From positions 65,347,936 to 65,411,935 of the forward strand of contig JARFYF010000001.1 in NCBI GenBank assembly GCA_030265395.1: a stretch of 64,000 nucleotides of DNA, written 5' to 3'. This document shows, in pieces, positions 61,401-64,000 of this stretch; positions within the stretch are counted from its first letter, which is position 1, and each line of letters starts with the position of its first letter. The notes below the pieces were generated by a model. The model saw nothing but the letters and a program-made list of their open reading frames with translations, searched no databases and had not been told where the DNA came from. The translations under genes were made by a program, and so were the position numbers. This DNA comes from Rhina ancylostomus. Lineage: Eukaryota.

Positions 61401-64000
61401 CCTAATGTGTTAAAACAAAAATGAAGGAGGATACTAGCTAATCCCATGGTGAGGAAAGCTTGAAACTATTGGCATACTTTGAGGGTAACAGCTTATTTAA
61501 CCAGGCACCCAGCACTCACCATTGATCCATTACAGGGACAATCATCTGGTGTCATAACAACAGTTCATGGCTTTAAGCATAGAAGTGTTGTATTAATTTC
61601 AGGAGGAATTTCAGTGCTTTTCCCAACACAGCTGGGAAGGAGATGGTGCTTAGTGGGGAACAGTTCCAAAGCTACCAATACTCTTATTCACTTTCTAACA
61701 ACAGTTAGTGAGGAGAAGTATTATTGGTGCCAAAAGAATATCAGAACTGAGATAGTCTTGTGTGCATACCTGGGGCTCATCATAGTATTTGGGTTCAGTA
61801 ATATTTGGTACATAGACAAAGCTGCTATTAGAGGATTGTGTTAATGAATAAATTTTGAATTACTTTATTAAATACTAGCCAGTGGCTCTGCAGATGCGTT
61901 CTGCCTCTGGTGTAATTAAGAGAGAATGGGACTTGGTATGAACATAGAGACCTAAAGATCACAGGAAATTATTTGAGATACAATTTCCATTGTAAAGGAT
62001 ATCATTAAGACCTATCTTTTAGCTGTCCATCAAATCTAGATGGGCAGCTAAAAGTAATGACTAGCAGCTATGATCTTGAATCTTGCTGTCCTTGGCAAAA
62101 ACTACTGTCTGTACCAAGATAATATTCAAAAACAGACATAGTGATTGGAATGTAAAAAAGAAACATTATATATTTTGATGACAGTTTATGTTAGAGAGGG
62201 TTGCTTTGCCAGGTTGTATAGTAAGTCATGTTCTAATTTTAAAGTNNNNNNNNNNNNNNNNNNNNNNNNNNNNNNNNNNNNNNNNNNNNNNNNNNNNNNN
62301 NNNNNNNNNNNNNNNNNNNNNNNNNNNNNNNNNNNNNNNNNNNNNNNNNNNNNNNNNNNNNTATCCTCCATGATATCCAGTGCATGGTCTCTTTACTTCC
62401 ACCTACATTGCCACTTTGGTGTCCGTGGTAGCTGAGGTTACAGCTTCACTCCTCAGTCTGTACTTCTCTCTTCAAAGCCACCATCAATCTTCCACCCTCC
62501 TTCTCCTACACAAAAAAAAACACTTAACTGTTGGTTGCAACCTGCTAACCATCTCCATCTTCTTTCCTCTTGGGACCATTCTCACTGAAACTCTGCTAAT
62601 CAGGTTTTGGATCAAAGTTACTAATGACATTCTCTGAGTATGATGAACAATCCTCAATTTGAAACATTTGGTGAAACATACTACCAAGACTCCTCATTTC
62701 TTAGTCTGGGAAGGTCTCATTCAGCTATATAACTGTATGAGAATCTGCAGCAATGGTTTTCTCTTTGGAGTTCCAGAAGGTTAACAGCAATAAAAATGTC
62801 TTTCCTTTGCACCCATCCTGATTCACATCTGAATCTCAAATTAGAACAAGTATAAAAGGTCATGACATTTAGATTCCACATTGATGTGGGGATGCCACAT
62901 TCTGCTGCCTCTGTCATCTGGTTCTGGATTTCCCCATCAGCATTTTGAGCCTTCATCATAAACTATATCCTTGACATGGACTTTGTATTCCATCGTACCC
63001 CCTTCCTGATGACTGCCTCAAATTGAGACTATTTGCACCTTCTGCATCAATTAACTCTCCATTACAAAGGCCACTACTTCCACTTCTGTAATCTCTCAGA
63101 ATTGGGTAGAAGTACAACAGAGAAACTAACCATTTGCCCAACCAGTCCACACCATTGTCAAGGTGCCATGTAAGCCTTCTCCCACTCTTGTTCAAATAAT
63201 TCTACCAGCATAGCTCTGCATTCCTTTCTTCTTCACCTGCATTAGTTACCCCCAACAACTCATGGTGGTGAGTTTCCCATTCTTGCCTGTCTCGGGATAA
63301 AAGGTATTAGATGAATCTGCTCTGCTTTAACCCATCTCCTCCTGAAACTCGTACATTTTTTTTGTCATCTCCATTCTCATGTTATTCTGGTCATCATCTC
63401 ATTTAGCAAACTGTCAATTTCAGTTTGTCCAAAACTATGGTGCCAGATAGAACAGTGGCACCATATTACTTGCCCATCATTTTGTCCTCCCTGACCTACA
63501 ACCCAATTCTGTCCTTTTAATCCTTCCAATCTAACATTCTCATTGTCATGCTTGTAGTCCTCCTCCTTTATACCTAATTCCCTACTGTAATGCCTGTTTT
63601 TTTTTATTTCAGAATTCCTCCCTCAACACCCACTGCCTATCCCAAATGTCACTCTGTATCACTGAACATCTCCAATTTGTTTTAACCCTACCACTGATAT
63701 TTCTGAATTCGGATTCAAGTTCAGATTCCCTGAGCTCAATTGTTTTAGAAGCCATGCCTTAAATTGTTTGTTACAAATAGCCTTTGGCTTGCTATCCATT
63801 ATTTTTGGCAGATGACAGATTTGTGAAGTAACTATGAATGTTTTCCCATGTTAAGTTCTATTTAGAGTTGCAAGTCTTTGGGTGACAATGAATATGAAGG
63901 ACCATTGCATTTCTCAGGAGTCCTGAACCATTGTTTTGTTATTAGGAAGTGCAATGATCTGGAAAAACAAACCATATAGTTGATGCTCCCTTGGTAATGT

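Overview
This is eukaryotic (vertebrate) genomic DNA. HE1/V-SINEs, Deu-domain SINEs and HER1/CR1 LINEs point to a cartilaginous fish (shark or ray), from a draft assembly with many 100-N and ~10-N gaps. The window lies inside one + strand gene, an ALS2 (alsin, Rab5 GEF) orthologue. I resolved 18 coding exons from 4113 to 49529. They splice in phase into 3504 nt (about 1167 codons) covering the RCC1-like domain, DH/PH and the first MORN repeats. The start-codon exon and the remaining MORN/VPS9 exons were not found. Introns are filled with decayed CR1, L2 and RTE LINEs, SINEs, Penelope-derived hairpins and a pogo/Tigger-like element. I see no convincing new biological system. The most notable points: human exons 4 and 5 form one exon here; there are two GC-AG introns; a spurious gap splits exon 11; a repeat-free promoter-like block in intron 9 could give an ALS2CL-like isoform; there is a CpG/G-rich island made of old repeats; and there is a possible LTR/ERV pol relic. 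Exon numbering and human comparisons come from memory of human ALS2 and need verifying. Repeat boundaries are approximate.
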